Part shown: piece by piece, positions 19,231 to 30,400 of the stretch
How the letters are laid out: every line of letters begins with the position of its first letter
How positions within the stretch are numbered: the first letter of the stretch is position 1
Assembly: GCA_040767085.1 (NCBI GenBank)
Contig: JAXGPF010000012.1
Span: forward strand, 128,001 to 192,000
DNA: 64,000 nt
Source: Kiritimatiellia bacterium
GTDB taxonomy: Bacteria; Verrucomicrobiota; Kiritimatiellia; JAAZAB01
Reading direction: 5' to 3'
Translations under genes and position numbers: made by a program
Notes under the pieces: model-generated
Told to the model about the DNA's origin: nothing
Seen by the model: only the letters and a program-made list of their open reading frames with translations
The model's database searches: none

Positions 19231-20943
19231 ATGAATATGAATCAGCAGGGTTCTAAAGCTGTTTACGGTTACAGAATATTAAGAGATGTCGGCATTACGA
19301 TGCGGGATGGAGTCCGCCTTTCTGCAAATATCTTTCTCCCCGGGGCGGAGGGGAAATTTCCGGTGATCTTTCAACGCATGCCGTACGGGCACAGCGGAAA
19401 CGGCATAGGAGAATTTTATGCGCAGCGGGGTTACGCTTACTTGATCCAGGACTGCCGCGGGCGTTATGATTCCGCGGGCGAATTTTATCCTTTCCGGGAT
19501 GACGGGCGCGACGGTTATGACAGCCTTGACTGGATCTGTGCGCAGCCCTGGAGTAATGGCCGGGTTGGCATGTTCGGGCCATCCTACCTGGGCGCCGTGC
19601 AATGGCTTTTGGCAATCGAAAAGCATCCGGCGCTTCAGGCGATCGTTCCCAATGTCATACCCGGCGATTTCTGGAGGAACGGCTACTGGAAAAGCGGCAC
19701 GTTCAGCCTGGCGCTTAATTCCCTCTGGCTGTGTCTGGAGATTTCCGGCCGCACCAGCGATTTAAACATGATCCCGGCGTATGATTTGAATGCTTTTTTC
19801 CGGCATCTGCCCCTGATGACCCTGGATGAAAAAGCCGGCAGACCATGTCAGTTCTGGAAGGATTTTCTCAAAAACAACCGTTACGGAAAATATTGGGAAA
19901 GCCTCGGGATTCACCACAGATATGAACAAATCCAGGTCCCGACATTTATAATGGGCGGATGGTTCGATTATTATCCCGGAGAAGCCTTTCGTTCTTTCAA
20001 CGGCCTTCGAAAAAACTCACGGGATGAAAAACTTAAAAAACGGCGTAAAATCATCATTGGCCCATGGCAACACCTGATAAGCAATTCGACCAAACTGGGC
20101 GAAATTGACTTCGGCGCAGAATCCCTGCTGGATATAAATAATTTAGCCTTGCGCTGGTTTGACTGTTTGCTCAAGGATATCAATACCGGGATACTTGATG
20201 AGCCGCCGGTCGCTATCTTTGTGATGGGTATAAATAAATGGCGCCAGGAAAATGAATGGCCATTGGCCAGAACCAGATATGTCGATTATTATCTGCATAG
20301 CGGCGGTGCGGCGGGAACCGACGGGCATGACGGCGTTCTGAGTATTGAACCGCCCGGCGAGGAAATCCCGGATGAATATATTTATGATCCGGAAAACCCC
20401 GTCCCCACCATAGGCGGCAATCATTCCATTTGCTGGCCGGCCGCATATCATGTAATTGCTCCCGGACCGTTTGACCAGAGAAAAGTTGAAATTCGAAACG
20501 ATGTTCTTGTTTATACTTCCGATCCGCTTGCGGAAGACCTGGAAGTGACCGGCCTGATTCAGCTTGCGCTCTATGCTGCAAGCGATGCCCAGGACACCGA
20601 TTGGACGGCAAAACTGGTTGACGTGTATCCGGACGGCCGGGCGATGAACTTGTCCGAGGGTGTTATCCGGGCAAAATTCCGGGAAAGCATATATGCGGAA
20701 CCGAAGCTTCTGGAACCCGGGCGAATTTACGAGTATGAAATCGAAATGCAGCCGACCAGCAATGTATTCCTCAAAGGGCACAGAATCAGGCTGGACATCA
20801 GCAGCAGCAACTTCCCGTTGTGGGACAGAAATCTGAATACCGGACATGAGACGGGCATGGATGCGGAAATGCGCATCGCCCGCCAGACCATTTACCATTC
20901 GCGGAAATACCCTTCGCGTCTCAGATTACCCGTCATCCCTTGA
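19231..20943 (+). CDS. CocE/NonD family hydrolase
   Basis: MRDGVRL, QDCRGRYDSAG, WSNGRVGMFGPSYLG (GxSYxG nucleophile), GGWFD, IGPWQH, GHRIRLDISSSNFP. Confidence 0.93.
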   Translation: MNMNQQGSKAVYGYRILRDVGITMRDGVRLSANIFLPGAEGKFPVIFQRMPYGHSGNGIGEFYAQRGYAYLIQDCRGRYDSAGEFYPFRDDGRDGYDSLDWICAQPWSNGRVGMFGPSYLGAVQWLLAIEKHPALQAIVPNVIPGDFWRNGYWKSGTFSLALNSLWLCLEISGRTSDLNMIPAYDLNAFFRHLPLMTLDEKAGRPCQFWKDFLKNNRYGKYWESLGIHHRYEQIQVPTFIMGGWFDYYPGEAFRSFNGLRKNSRDEKLKKRRKIIIGPWQHLISNSTKLGEIDFGAESLLDINNLALRWFDCLLKDINTGILDEPPVAIFVMGINKWRQENEWPLARTRYVDYYLHSGGAAGTDGHDGVLSIEPPGEEIPDEYIYDPENPVPTIGGNHSICWPAAYHVIAPGPFDQRKVEIRNDVLVYTSDPLAEDLEVTGLIQLALYAASDAQDTDWTAKLVDVYPDGRAMNLSEGVIRAKFRESIYAEPKLLEPGRIYEYEIEMQPTSNVFLKGHRIRLDISSSNFPLWDRNLNTGHETGMDAEMRIARQTIYHSRKYPSRLRLPVIP

Positions 20944-20951
20944 CGAATTTT

Positions 20952-21137
20952 ACCCGCGGCAGACTGGTCCAGGCCCTGGATGCAGCCGGAGTTTGTATGG
21001 TACGGCATGGAGCAATAAATTCCACCAAAACGCAATATATTTCAGTTGGCACGCGCGCGGCGAGTGGTTAGATTGTAATGGTTAAGAATGAGTTATGTGT
21101 GCGGAATTGTCTGATTTCAACAACAGGAGCGAGTATG
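20952..21137. repeat. Diverged duplicate of the araC 5' end and divergent promoter (12525-12699)
   Basis: 20952-21063 aligns without gaps to 12525-12636 (98/112 identical by eye). Weaker similarity continues to the RBS and ATG. Confidence 0.9.
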
Positions 21138-22598
21138 CGTAAAATATGCTTGTTGGTGACGGCGGGGTATGCGTCGTTCCTTGCGGCCGACACCCATTAC
21201 GTGGTGCTCAACAACCCGGGCGCGGAATCGAATTACACCAGTTGGGCGACGGCGGCGGCGAACATCCAGGATGCGGTGGATGCGGCGGCGGCCAGCGATG
21301 TGGTTTTGGTGTCGAACGGCACTTATAACGCTGGCGGCCGGACGGAAGGCGCCTACACGCTGACCAACCGGGTGCTGGTTACCAAGGTCCTCGAATTGCG
21401 CGCCGTCAGCACCAATCCCGCCGATACGATCATTGAAGGCGCGGCGGACCCGGACGGGATCAACGGCAACGGCCCGGCTGCCGTGCGGGCCTTGCGCTTG
21501 ACGGTTACTGGCGCGAAAATCGTCAATTTTACCATCCGTAACGGGCACACTCAAACCAACGGCGATATAGCCGCTGAGCAATCCGGCGGCGGCATTCTGG
21601 GGCATTGGCCATCTGTGTCAAACTGCGTGATTGAAAATTGCGGCGCCCGCGCCAATGGCGGCGGGTTTACCTATGGCTATTTGTATGATTGCGTGGTCAG
21701 CAATAACCAGGCGGACGGCGTTGGTGCGGGAAATGTTTTTGGCGGCGGCGGGGCTTATAACTCCGGCGCTTATGATTCGACGATTGTCAATAACCGGTCG
21801 TTGAAAAATGGCGGGGGGTTGGCTGCCGGCAACATTATTTCCAATTGCCTGGTTGCCGGGAATGCCGCCGTCAATAGCGGCGGAGGCATTCACTATTATA
21901 ATCATGCCGGGCTGAGCGTGGATTCGGTTTACAGCAATAACGAATGCGGCAGCAACGGCGGCGGACTATACAACACTAAGATATTGCGGTGCCGGGTGGT
22001 GGATAACCGTGCCGGTATTGTTAGCGGCATTGGCGGCGGGGCGAGTTCCTGTTATGCCACCAACAGCATATTCTATGGCAATACCGCTGCTTATGCCGGC
22101 GGCATTGGCGGGTCGTCGACGAACAACAGTTACCCGGTATATAACTGCCTGATTTACAGCAACATCGCCGGGACTGCCGGCGCCATGCGGTATGCCTTCC
22201 CTGTGAATTGCACGATTGTCGGCAACATCGCGTCCAACGGCGCGGCCGGGCTGGATACTGGCGTTGTGGCCACTAATTGCATCGTTTACGATAATGTCAC
22301 CGAGGGGACCGTCAGCAATTATTCCGGCACGGTGCAGTTTAAAAACTGCAATGTCTGGCCGCTGCCGACTGGCGGCGGCGATCTGGGCGATAATAGTTCC
22401 AATGCGCCGTCCTTCATGAATTTGCCGGCCGCGGATTTCCGGCTGGCGCCCCGCGATTCGTGCATCAACGCAGGCTTGACGGAAAGCTGGATGGCGGACA
22501 CGGTTGATCTGGACGGGCGGGCGCGCGTGCGTTACGGGGCGGTGGATATGGGCTGTTACGAGCAAATTTACCAGGGCACGCTCTATTCCATCCATTAG
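21135..22598 (+). CDS. Secreted parallel beta-helix protein with choice-of-anchor-Q-like C-terminus
   Basis: SWATAAANIQDAV, LTNRV, GGG/N repeats, DFRL....CINAG...DLDG..R....VDMGCYE. Confidence 0.85.
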   Translation: MRKICLLVTAGYASFLAADTHYVVLNNPGAESNYTSWATAAANIQDAVDAAAASDVVLVSNGTYNAGGRTEGAYTLTNRVLVTKVLELRAVSTNPADTIIEGAADPDGINGNGPAAVRALRLTVTGAKIVNFTIRNGHTQTNGDIAAEQSGGGILGHWPSVSNCVIENCGARANGGGFTYGYLYDCVVSNNQADGVGAGNVFGGGGAYNSGAYDSTIVNNRSLKNGGGLAAGNIISNCLVAGNAAVNSGGGIHYYNHAGLSVDSVYSNNECGSNGGGLYNTKILRCRVVDNRAGIVSGIGGGASSCYATNSIFYGNTAAYAGGIGGSSTNNSYPVYNCLIYSNIAGTAGAMRYAFPVNCTIVGNIASNGAAGLDTGVVATNCIVYDNVTEGTVSNYSGTVQFKNCNVWPLPTGGGDLGDNSSNAPSFMNLPAADFRLAPRDSCINAGLTESWMADTVDLDGRARVRYGAVDMGCYEQIYQGTLYSIH

Positions 22599-22608
22599 CG
22601 CAACAATC

Positions 22609-23799
22609 ATGAAAAAAATCATTCCGTCCCGCCGCCGGCGCCTGGTTATCCTGGCCTGGTTGTTGTCCATCCCTCTGTATGCCGGCATGCCGCGGTTCGA
22701 TGCCGACCCGCTGTGCCGGACGGAAAAGATTCCCGGGCTGGTCGCCCTGGCCTTCGGCGATTTAAATGGCGACGGCCTGCCGGACATGCTGGCCAATGCC
22801 TTCGGCGCCAACCAAGCCGGCGCGGAGGCGGAAATCCTCGTGTTTTACAACCGGGCGGGCAAGCTGCCGGAGGCGCCGGACCGGAAAATTCCATCCCCGC
22901 ATTGTTTCCGCATGACCGTGTACGACTTCGATCAGGATGGGAAGAATGACATTGGTTTGGTGGCGGGATCCCGTCTGCACTTCCTTTTGCACAAGGATGG
23001 GTTTGATCCTGAAAAGAAGCGGGAGTTTTTTAACACCAATCAACGGGTCACGGACATACAGGTGTGTAAATTAAACAATGCCGGAATATTTGATGTATTG
23101 GTCGGGCCGGTCTGGCGCAAGTTCACCGCGGCCCAAAGCGGTTTTACGGTTCAAAACGGTTATATCCTGGGGCCGAAGATCAATGACACCTGGCGCACGC
23201 TGGCGGTGGATGTCAATGCCGACGGGTTCATGGACATCGTCGGATCGGGCCGGAACGACAATACCCTGCGGATTTATTACGGCCCGATTTTGTCGCTGAA
23301 CGTCTATCCGGACGACTTGAGCGATTTCCTGCAACTCCCGGTGTCGCCCGGCGGCATTTACGGCGGATTCGCCGTGGCCGACTTGAATGGCGACCACATG
23401 GCCGACCTGGTGGTGGCCGACGGCCGGAACCGCCAGACCTACATCTATTACCAGAACGAGCCGGCGGGCTTCGACGGAGATGCCCAGCCCTCGCTGACCA
23501 TCAAAGGCGGCGGCATAGTTTACACGCCCGACCTGGCCGGCAACGGGACTGCCAGTCTTGTGATTCTGGATGATGCCAGCAAAGCCGGCGTTTTCCAGCC
23601 GCGGGCCGGCCGGGCGATCCCGGATGACCTGGCGAATTTCGACCAGGTCTTGCGGCTGCCCCGGACGATCCGATTGTATTTCGCGGATATGGACAGCAAT
23701 GGCTGCCAGGACATGATCCGGCAAGGGCATGACGGCAGCGTAGCGATCCATGCGTGCCGGCCCGGCCCGGACCAGCCTGCCGGCGTTTCCGGTGATTGA
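22609..23799 (+). CDS. Secreted FG-GAP/VCBS repeat protein (paralogue of 15022-16218)
   Basis: GDLNGDGLPD, DFDQDGKND, DVNADGFMD, ADLNGDHMAD. Shares WRK, GY..GP..ND and RIYYGPI with 15022. Confidence 0.88.
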   Translation: MKKIIPSRRRRLVILAWLLSIPLYAGMPRFDADPLCRTEKIPGLVALAFGDLNGDGLPDMLANAFGANQAGAEAEILVFYNRAGKLPEAPDRKIPSPHCFRMTVYDFDQDGKNDIGLVAGSRLHFLLHKDGFDPEKKREFFNTNQRVTDIQVCKLNNAGIFDVLVGPVWRKFTAAQSGFTVQNGYILGPKINDTWRTLAVDVNADGFMDIVGSGRNDNTLRIYYGPILSLNVYPDDLSDFLQLPVSPGGIYGGFAVADLNGDHMADLVVADGRNRQTYIYYQNEPAGFDGDAQPSLTIKGGGIVYTPDLAGNGTASLVILDDASKAGVFQPRAGRAIPDDLANFDQVLRLPRTIRLYFADMDSNGCQDMIRQGHDGSVAIHACRPGPDQPAGVSGD

Positions 23800-23818
23800 C
23801 CAGTTGTATGAGAGCATT

Positions 23819-26062
23819 ATGAAAACCTGGCGTATTTGGCTGATGGGATTGGCGGTCATGGCGGCGGCCGCCGCGGCGGCGGCGGAAGGCGCGGCGGAAG
23901 GCGCGGTAGAATCCGTGGCGGATCGCTTGCGGAACGATCCGTACATGATCCCGTTTTACACCGGCAAAATATTGCCATGCCCCCGCGAGACCGCGGATCA
24001 CGCGGAGTTTTATCCGCTGGCCAATACCGGCATCCTGCTGGGCGGCGGCCTGGCCGCCGATGATCCGCGGTTGCGTTTGCTCCTGAACCGGATCACGCAA
24101 TACGGCGGCGCGTATAAATTCGTGGATGCGCTGGATGCCGATTGCGCGACGATTTTCGTTGCGGGCGGCACGCCGGCCGGCCTGGCCATGCCGGCGCCGC
24201 CGGACCGGCCGCAGGGTTACGCGATCCGGTGCGCGCGGCGGAATGGGCGCAATCTCGTGGTCTTCAGCGGACGCGATGACCTGGGCCTGACCTGGGCGGT
24301 GAATTCCCTGGTCCAACTGATCGCCTGGCAGGACGGCGCCTGCGTCCTGCACGCCATGGATGTCAGCGATTACCCGTTCATGGAGCGTCGCGGAACCACC
24401 GGCCCGGGCGTGAAGGACTACGTGGATGCCTCCCGGATCTATCCCTTGATGACCAAGCTGGACCTGCTGCAATTCAGCAAATCGCTGCTGGTGCCCCGCC
24501 GCGCCGCGCCGATCGAGTGGATTGACTGGCGGGCGCCGCGGCCGAAGGAGTTGACGGACAAGGTGGCGGCCATCGGCGCCAACCTGCGCGGCCTGGGCAT
24601 CGTCTGGCAAGCCGGCATCATGCCCTATACCATCGGCAACGGCATCGAGGGCAAGTACGGGCTGATCCAGGTGGACAGCCAAAGCGACGAACATTTCGAG
24701 ATCATCTGGAAAATGTGCGAGCCGATCCTCCGGGCGGGCGGGGGCCTCATATATACGCCGGATGACTACCGCTTCCCGCTCAGCCCCGGCGATGAAAAAA
24801 ATTTCGGGACGGCGCGGGATGCCGACGTCTTCTTCATGAACCGCCTCTATGCCAGGATCAAGGCGGAATACCCCGGCGCGGAGTTGTCCATGGTCCAGCC
24901 GTTTTACTGGGGGCCGACGGACACCAATCCCTGGTCGGCGGAATCGCCGCTGGAGTATTTGAAGGCGCTGGGCGCGGGATTGCCGCCGGAGATCAACCTG
25001 GCCTGGACCGGCCCGAGCGTCAAAACCGCCGCGTTTACCAGCGCGGATACCGCCAGGTTCGCGGCCTTGATCCGGCGCAAGCCTTATTTCTTCCAGAATT
25101 CCTCGGATTTTTTCCATGCCTACCGCTGGATTTATCCCACGGATGAACTGCGCTGGTGGCTGGGCGCCGGCCGCGATAAGGGCGTTTACCTCGAAGTCAA
25201 CGCCGCGGTTTTGAATTCGCTGGGCTTGTATTCGGACATGCTCTGGAGCGCCATGCTCTGGAATCCAGATGGCTACGATCCGAAAGCCTGCGCCCGGGAC
25301 GCTGCGGAGAAAATGGTGGGCCCGGAAAACTACGGGCTGGTCCGCCAAATCGTGGAGGGGTTGGCATGGTTCGACCAGTTCGATTTCAAGCAGACGCCGG
25401 CGGCCGCCCGCGAATTAGCAGCCATTGAAGCCCGGCTGGCGGAACTGGAAAAACTGTGCGCGGAATTCGAAAACGATTCCACCCATCCGGCCGCGGCGCG
25501 GCAATGGGCGTCGTTCGCCTGGCAGTTGCGGGCCGTCCGGATTTTCCGCGACAGCCTCAAGAAAAATCCCAGCCTGGCCTTGTTTGCCGTCCAGGGCGCC
25601 ATGATCGAAAAACTGGCGCAGGAGGAGGCGGCATTCCAGGCGCGGACGGACCGGATGTTTACCGCGTATGACTTTGCCGGCGGCCCCAAGCCTCAGCAGA
25701 TTTTCCAGCGGCTGGCAACCTGGATTTACGGCGCGCAGTCGCGCGCGCCGCAAATAGCGGTCTCGTTCGAAATCGAGCCGTACCCGCCGGAAACCGGCTA
25801 TGTCTTGCTGATCTGCGGCCGCGATGGCGGCAACGGCGACCATTGCCCGATCGAGATCACCCTGAACGATCAAAGCATATTCAAGGGGCCGAATCCGTTC
25901 GCGCGCGATCAATGGACGGTGCGGGAGTTCCCGACGCCGTTGCCGGCATGGCAGCGCAACAATGTGTTGAAGATCGCCAATCTCGCGGAAAGCGCCCGGT
26001 CGGGCCGGCCGTATTTCGCGCTGAATTATTTGATATTAAGACAAGATACAGGAGCCAAATGA
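23819..26062 (+). CDS. Secreted GH84-like glycoside hydrolase (paralogue of 12697-14976)
   Basis: PFYTG.I.P.P, PDDYRFP, PFYWG, AWTGPSV, RKPYFFQN, and the same C-terminal G.NPF..D.WT...LNY..LR domain. Confidence 0.7.
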   Translation: MKTWRIWLMGLAVMAAAAAAAAEGAAEGAVESVADRLRNDPYMIPFYTGKILPCPRETADHAEFYPLANTGILLGGGLAADDPRLRLLLNRITQYGGAYKFVDALDADCATIFVAGGTPAGLAMPAPPDRPQGYAIRCARRNGRNLVVFSGRDDLGLTWAVNSLVQLIAWQDGACVLHAMDVSDYPFMERRGTTGPGVKDYVDASRIYPLMTKLDLLQFSKSLLVPRRAAPIEWIDWRAPRPKELTDKVAAIGANLRGLGIVWQAGIMPYTIGNGIEGKYGLIQVDSQSDEHFEIIWKMCEPILRAGGGLIYTPDDYRFPLSPGDEKNFGTARDADVFFMNRLYARIKAEYPGAELSMVQPFYWGPTDTNPWSAESPLEYLKALGAGLPPEINLAWTGPSVKTAAFTSADTARFAALIRRKPYFFQNSSDFFHAYRWIYPTDELRWWLGAGRDKGVYLEVNAAVLNSLGLYSDMLWSAMLWNPDGYDPKACARDAAEKMVGPENYGLVRQIVEGLAWFDQFDFKQTPAAARELAAIEARLAELEKLCAEFENDSTHPAAARQWASFAWQLRAVRIFRDSLKKNPSLALFAVQGAMIEKLAQEEAAFQARTDRMFTAYDFAGGPKPQQIFQRLATWIYGAQSRAPQIAVSFEIEPYPPETGYVLLICGRDGGNGDHCPIEITLNDQSIFKGPNPFARDQWTVREFPTPLPAWQRNNVLKIANLAESARSGRPYFALNYLILRQDTGAK

Positions 26063-27489
26063 CGCATGAACAAACGCTTGCCGCCGGCGCGGCCGGCGCG
26101 GACATTACCCCTGAAATGGGGGTGCAGATCGCCGGCGATATCGGGCGTTACCGGCCGGTTGAGGAAATCCGCGACCGGCTGCATGCGAAGGTGTTGATTC
26201 TCAACGACGGCGCAAATACCGCCTGCATCGTTGCCGCGGACTTGACCGCGGTGCAGCGCGATCGGACCGCTCCATTGCGCGCCCGGATTGCCGAATATTT
26301 GAAAATCCCCCGGGAAGCGGTAATCATCCACGCCACGCAGACCCATTCCGCGCCGGCCTTGGGCAATGAAATCCTGTCCCAAAATTATCTCCAAAAGTTT
26401 CCGCCCAGCCTGGCCTGGATCGGCGGCGGCGATGCGCGGTACGAAGCGTTTTTAACGGACCGCGTCATGTCGGCGGTGCAGGCGGCGCGGTCGGCGCTGG
26501 AACCAGTCCGGCTGCGGGCGGCGCGCGGGTATGACTCCCGGGTGGCCACCAACCGCCGTTACATTTCCCGCGATGACACCGGCATCTACCAGGCACGCCC
26601 GGATAATCCCAACATCTTATGCTGGGAAGGCCCGATCGATCCCGAGGTTGGCGTGGCGGTCTTGGAAAATCCAGCCGGACGGGTGATTTGCGCCATGCTG
26701 CACCATACCTGCCATCCCTGCCATGGATATCCCAAGCGCTGGATTTCGGCCGACTGGCCGGGATACTGGGCGCGCAAAATCGAAGAACATTTCGGCGGCG
26801 GCTGCGTGGCCATGGTTTTGAACGGCGCCTGCGGCAATATCCTGCACGGCAATCCCTTCGATCCGGATCATAAAGGCCCGATTGAAACAAGGGGCGGCCA
26901 CCTGGTTGAAACCACGGCCAAGATTCTGCCCCGGCTGGAGGAATTGCCCGGCGTCCCGGTGCGCTGCACCAGCAAGGTGCTCTCCATGCCGTTACGCCTA
27001 GCGTCCGCGGAGGCGCTGGCGGCGGCGCGGGAATTGACGGCCGCGCATCCCGATCCGGTCTGGCTGGACCCTGAAAAAACCAGGATTGACTGGAAATGGA
27101 TGCATGCGCACTGGCTGCTGGATCAGGCCGCACTGAAAAAAACGCACCCGCATTACGATTACGAAGTGCAGACCGTGCGCATCGGCGGCCTGGCGATCAT
27201 CGGCTGGCCGGGCGAGCCGTTCGTCGAGGCGCAACTTGAAGTCAAAACCAAGGCGCCCGCGCGATACGTTTTCGTGGCGCATATGTGCAACGATTCGCCG
27301 GGGTACCAGCCGACCCGGAAAGCGTTCAAATACGGCGGGTACGAGGTCGAGTGGACCGACTTCGACGAAAACACCCTCGATACGGTGACGGCGGCCACCC
27401 GGCGCTTGATGCAGGATGTCTATGACGATGCCGGCGCTGATAAACCGGAACTTGATGATGCTAAATCACACGGAGACCAAGATGCTTAA
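26059..27489 (+). CDS. Neutral ceramidase-like amidohydrolase
   Basis: GA...DITP, D.L.AKVL, HATQTHSAP, GPIDPEV, ISADWPG, NGACGN, PGEPFVE, GGYE. Confidence 0.75.
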   Translation: MTHEQTLAAGAAGADITPEMGVQIAGDIGRYRPVEEIRDRLHAKVLILNDGANTACIVAADLTAVQRDRTAPLRARIAEYLKIPREAVIIHATQTHSAPALGNEILSQNYLQKFPPSLAWIGGGDARYEAFLTDRVMSAVQAARSALEPVRLRAARGYDSRVATNRRYISRDDTGIYQARPDNPNILCWEGPIDPEVGVAVLENPAGRVICAMLHHTCHPCHGYPKRWISADWPGYWARKIEEHFGGGCVAMVLNGACGNILHGNPFDPDHKGPIETRGGHLVETTAKILPRLEELPGVPVRCTSKVLSMPLRLASAEALAAARELTAAHPDPVWLDPEKTRIDWKWMHAHWLLDQAALKKTHPHYDYEVQTVRIGGLAIIGWPGEPFVEAQLEVKTKAPARYVFVAHMCNDSPGYQPTRKAFKYGGYEVEWTDFDENTLDTVTAATRRLMQDVYDDAGADKPELDDAKSHGDQDA

Positions 27490-30400
27490 ATCAGGAATAT
27501 TGCCGGCACTCGTCTTGACGCTGACTGCGTCGCTGGCCCTGGCGGAGACGGGTACCCTGAAGCGGGTGGGGGTGTTCAAGGATGCCCGGTCGCATATCAC
27601 CGGCAGCATGCTCAAAACCCTGGCGGAGGCGCAATACGAAGTCGAAATCATCGAGCGTCGGGATTTGCAGGCTGGTGAAAAATTGCAGCGCCTAGATGTG
27701 CTGTTCCTGCCCGGCGGGTGGAATGCGCTGAACTTTGCCGGTTTCCACGGCCGGCGCAACATGATTGATTTCGTGGCGCAAGGCAAGGGCATCCTGGCCG
27801 GCGCGTTTCGTTCCGGCTACGTGCGGACCGCCAACCGCCCCCTTTTCCCGCAGATTGGCGCGGTCTATAACCGCGTGAACGGCTCGGGCCTTTTTCCCCG
27901 CGGCGGCAGCCCGTTGACCGCCGGGATCGCGGTCCCGTTTTATCTGACGGCCTGGGATCACCTGATCGTCGAGGTTGGGCCGCTGGGGCGGACGTTCCTG
28001 GAGGACAGCAGCGGGTGTCCCGTGGGCGTGTATGGCGAGATTCATGGCGGGCGTTACATCGCCCTGGGGTGTTTCATCGGGTCCGATGCCGCGTCCGCAT
28101 CCATGCAAGGCCCGGAGCGGGTGCTGCTGCTGAACTGCCTGGCCTGGCTGGCCTCCGCGCCGGCGCTGACGGCGGAGGAGATGGCCGAAACCCGGCGCGC
28201 GGCGGAGCTGGAATTTCTGCGGCGCGAAAAGATTTATGACTATACGCTGAACGACCGCGGACCGGACCACGGCCCGGGCATCATGCCGGCGGTTAAAAAC
28301 CGCCTCGAGGCCGCCTTGCAGTCCCGCCTGGCCCGCTTGGATGATGCCGGGCCGCATTGCCCGGACGCGGCGCGCGCCCGCGCCGCCGGCGTGCGGCAGG
28401 AACTGGAACTGGCCCGGGCAACCCTCGCGCGCAATTACGAGGAAGCGCGGGCGGAAAAAATCAATGCCATCAACGCCATGTCCCGCGCGGAACTCGCGGC
28501 CGATAATCCCTTCCTGCAGAAGGAAGACGTGCTGCGGATGATTGCCGCCGTGCCGGGCAAAACCGCCGATGAGCAAAAGGCTGTCGAACAGGCCATCGCC
28601 GCCATGAACGGCAATGTCTGGATGGACACCGCGCCGCGCGCAGCGGCGGCGTTCTTGTACGGCGATGCGATTCAGGCCCGGTTGTTCGGCCAGACACAGT
28701 TCCAGGCGCTGCTTGACCGGGCGGATGCCCTGCTGGCGGAGGTGGAACCATTGGCGGCGGCCGCCCGGGCCGCGCAGTACGCGGCGGAACATGCGGCCGA
28801 CCTGGAACTTGTCCCTGGATTGCTGCAGGATTGCGCCTCGGCGGATGCCGCCCGGCGGCGGCAAGCGGCGCAGGAACTGGGGCGGATCGGCGATCGGCGC
28901 GCGGAAAAGGCGCTGGTCGGGATGATTGACGACCCGGACAGCCAGGTCCGTACGCATGCCATCCTGGCGCTCGGTTGGCTGCAGGCTCAAGCGGCGGTCC
29001 CGGCCCTGAGCCGCGCGGCGCAAAGTCCCGATCAATGGGCGCGGCGGCGGGCGGCGCAGGCCCTGGGCCAGATCGGCGACCCGGCGGCGGCGGATGTCCT
29101 GCTGCAGCTCATGGACGACGAAGATTATTTTGTCCGTGAAAACGCCATCCTGGCCCTGGGCTGTCTGAAGGCCGCAGAAGCTGTGCCGGCATTGCTGAAA
29201 CTCATCGCCGATTCCGACCGGCAGCATCCGCTCCAGCGCGGCCTGATGACGGCTGCCATCGCCGCCCTGGGCCATATCGGCGATGCGCAGGCGCTGCCGC
29301 AACTGGAACACTGGGCGCAAACGGCGGATGATTTCCCCGCGCCGCGCCGCGGCGGCGGCCGCATCAAGAATATTTACTCCACGGCCCAGTACCTGGGACT
29401 GCAGGGGCATGCGGAACTGGCGATTGCGGAAATCAAGGCCGGCGGCCGCGCCGCGGCCGGCGTGCGCCAGGCGGATTTTCTTGGCCGCCGCGATATATTT
29501 TACGGGTTGACGCGCCATTTCAATTTCTTTGCCGGCCGCCCATTCCCCGTGCTGAAAGCCAATTTCCCCGGCGACCCGGCCGCGGCTTTCCCATGGCTGC
29601 GCGCGGCCGGAGTCACCGGCATCCACAATTCCTGGGGCGCACAGGATGACGATCCGGAGCAATACCGGGAAACGATCCGGCGGGCCGGCGAATACGGTCT
29701 GCGCTGGATTGACGTCATGCCGCAGGTCGGCAACATCTTCGGCAGCCGGGAACATTATGCCGTCAATTCCCAGGACCGTACGCTGAATAAACCCGGCGCG
29801 GAACTGGTCCTCTTCAAATTCGCCGATTTGCCGGCTTTCCAGGGATTCTGGACCGAGGAGGATTACCCCAACGTGGAGATGGAGAATGCCGATCTGGAAA
29901 ACTATCTCCAGGGCAAGCACGGCTCCGACTATCGCCGCGTTCTGGGCGTAACCAACGCCGCCGCGCAACTGCTGCCGCCGCGCGGAGAGCGCCTCCCGGA
30001 AAACTTCTATAATCTCCGGGTTTATGCCGAATTTCTCGAACTGGCCGGCGCCCGTCTGCTCGAGCATTGGCGCGAAGCCCAGGAATGGCTGCATGGCGTG
30101 CGCAAGGGGTGCGCTTTTACCTTCAATAATACCACCGGTGTGCGCTGCACGTATCCCGGCGTGGCCGGGGGTGCGGGGGGCATCATTGACGCGCACGGCC
30201 CGGAATCTTACCAGTCCTTCGGAACGGATAATGCCTTCATGATGGAATTGAACAAGGATGGCGAGGCGCGGCCGGTGCTCTGCGAGTTCTACAACATGTA
30301 CTCGCCTTCGCCGGAGCATGCCGCGCGCGGCTTCGCCCAGCACCTGATGCATGGCGAATGTTATTACAATTTTTCGTTCGAACAAATCTTCGCGCAGGCC

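Noticed and set aside
19026-19256. 76 aa ORF between the beta-helix and CocE genes
   Set aside because: No recognisable motif and overlaps the CocE start region; unsupported.
27692-30385. 897 aa minus-strand ORF (also 23501-25348, 37704-39188, 445-1857, 57162-58571)
   Set aside because: Antisense shadows of motif-bearing genes, expected in high-GC DNA; no recognisable motifs.
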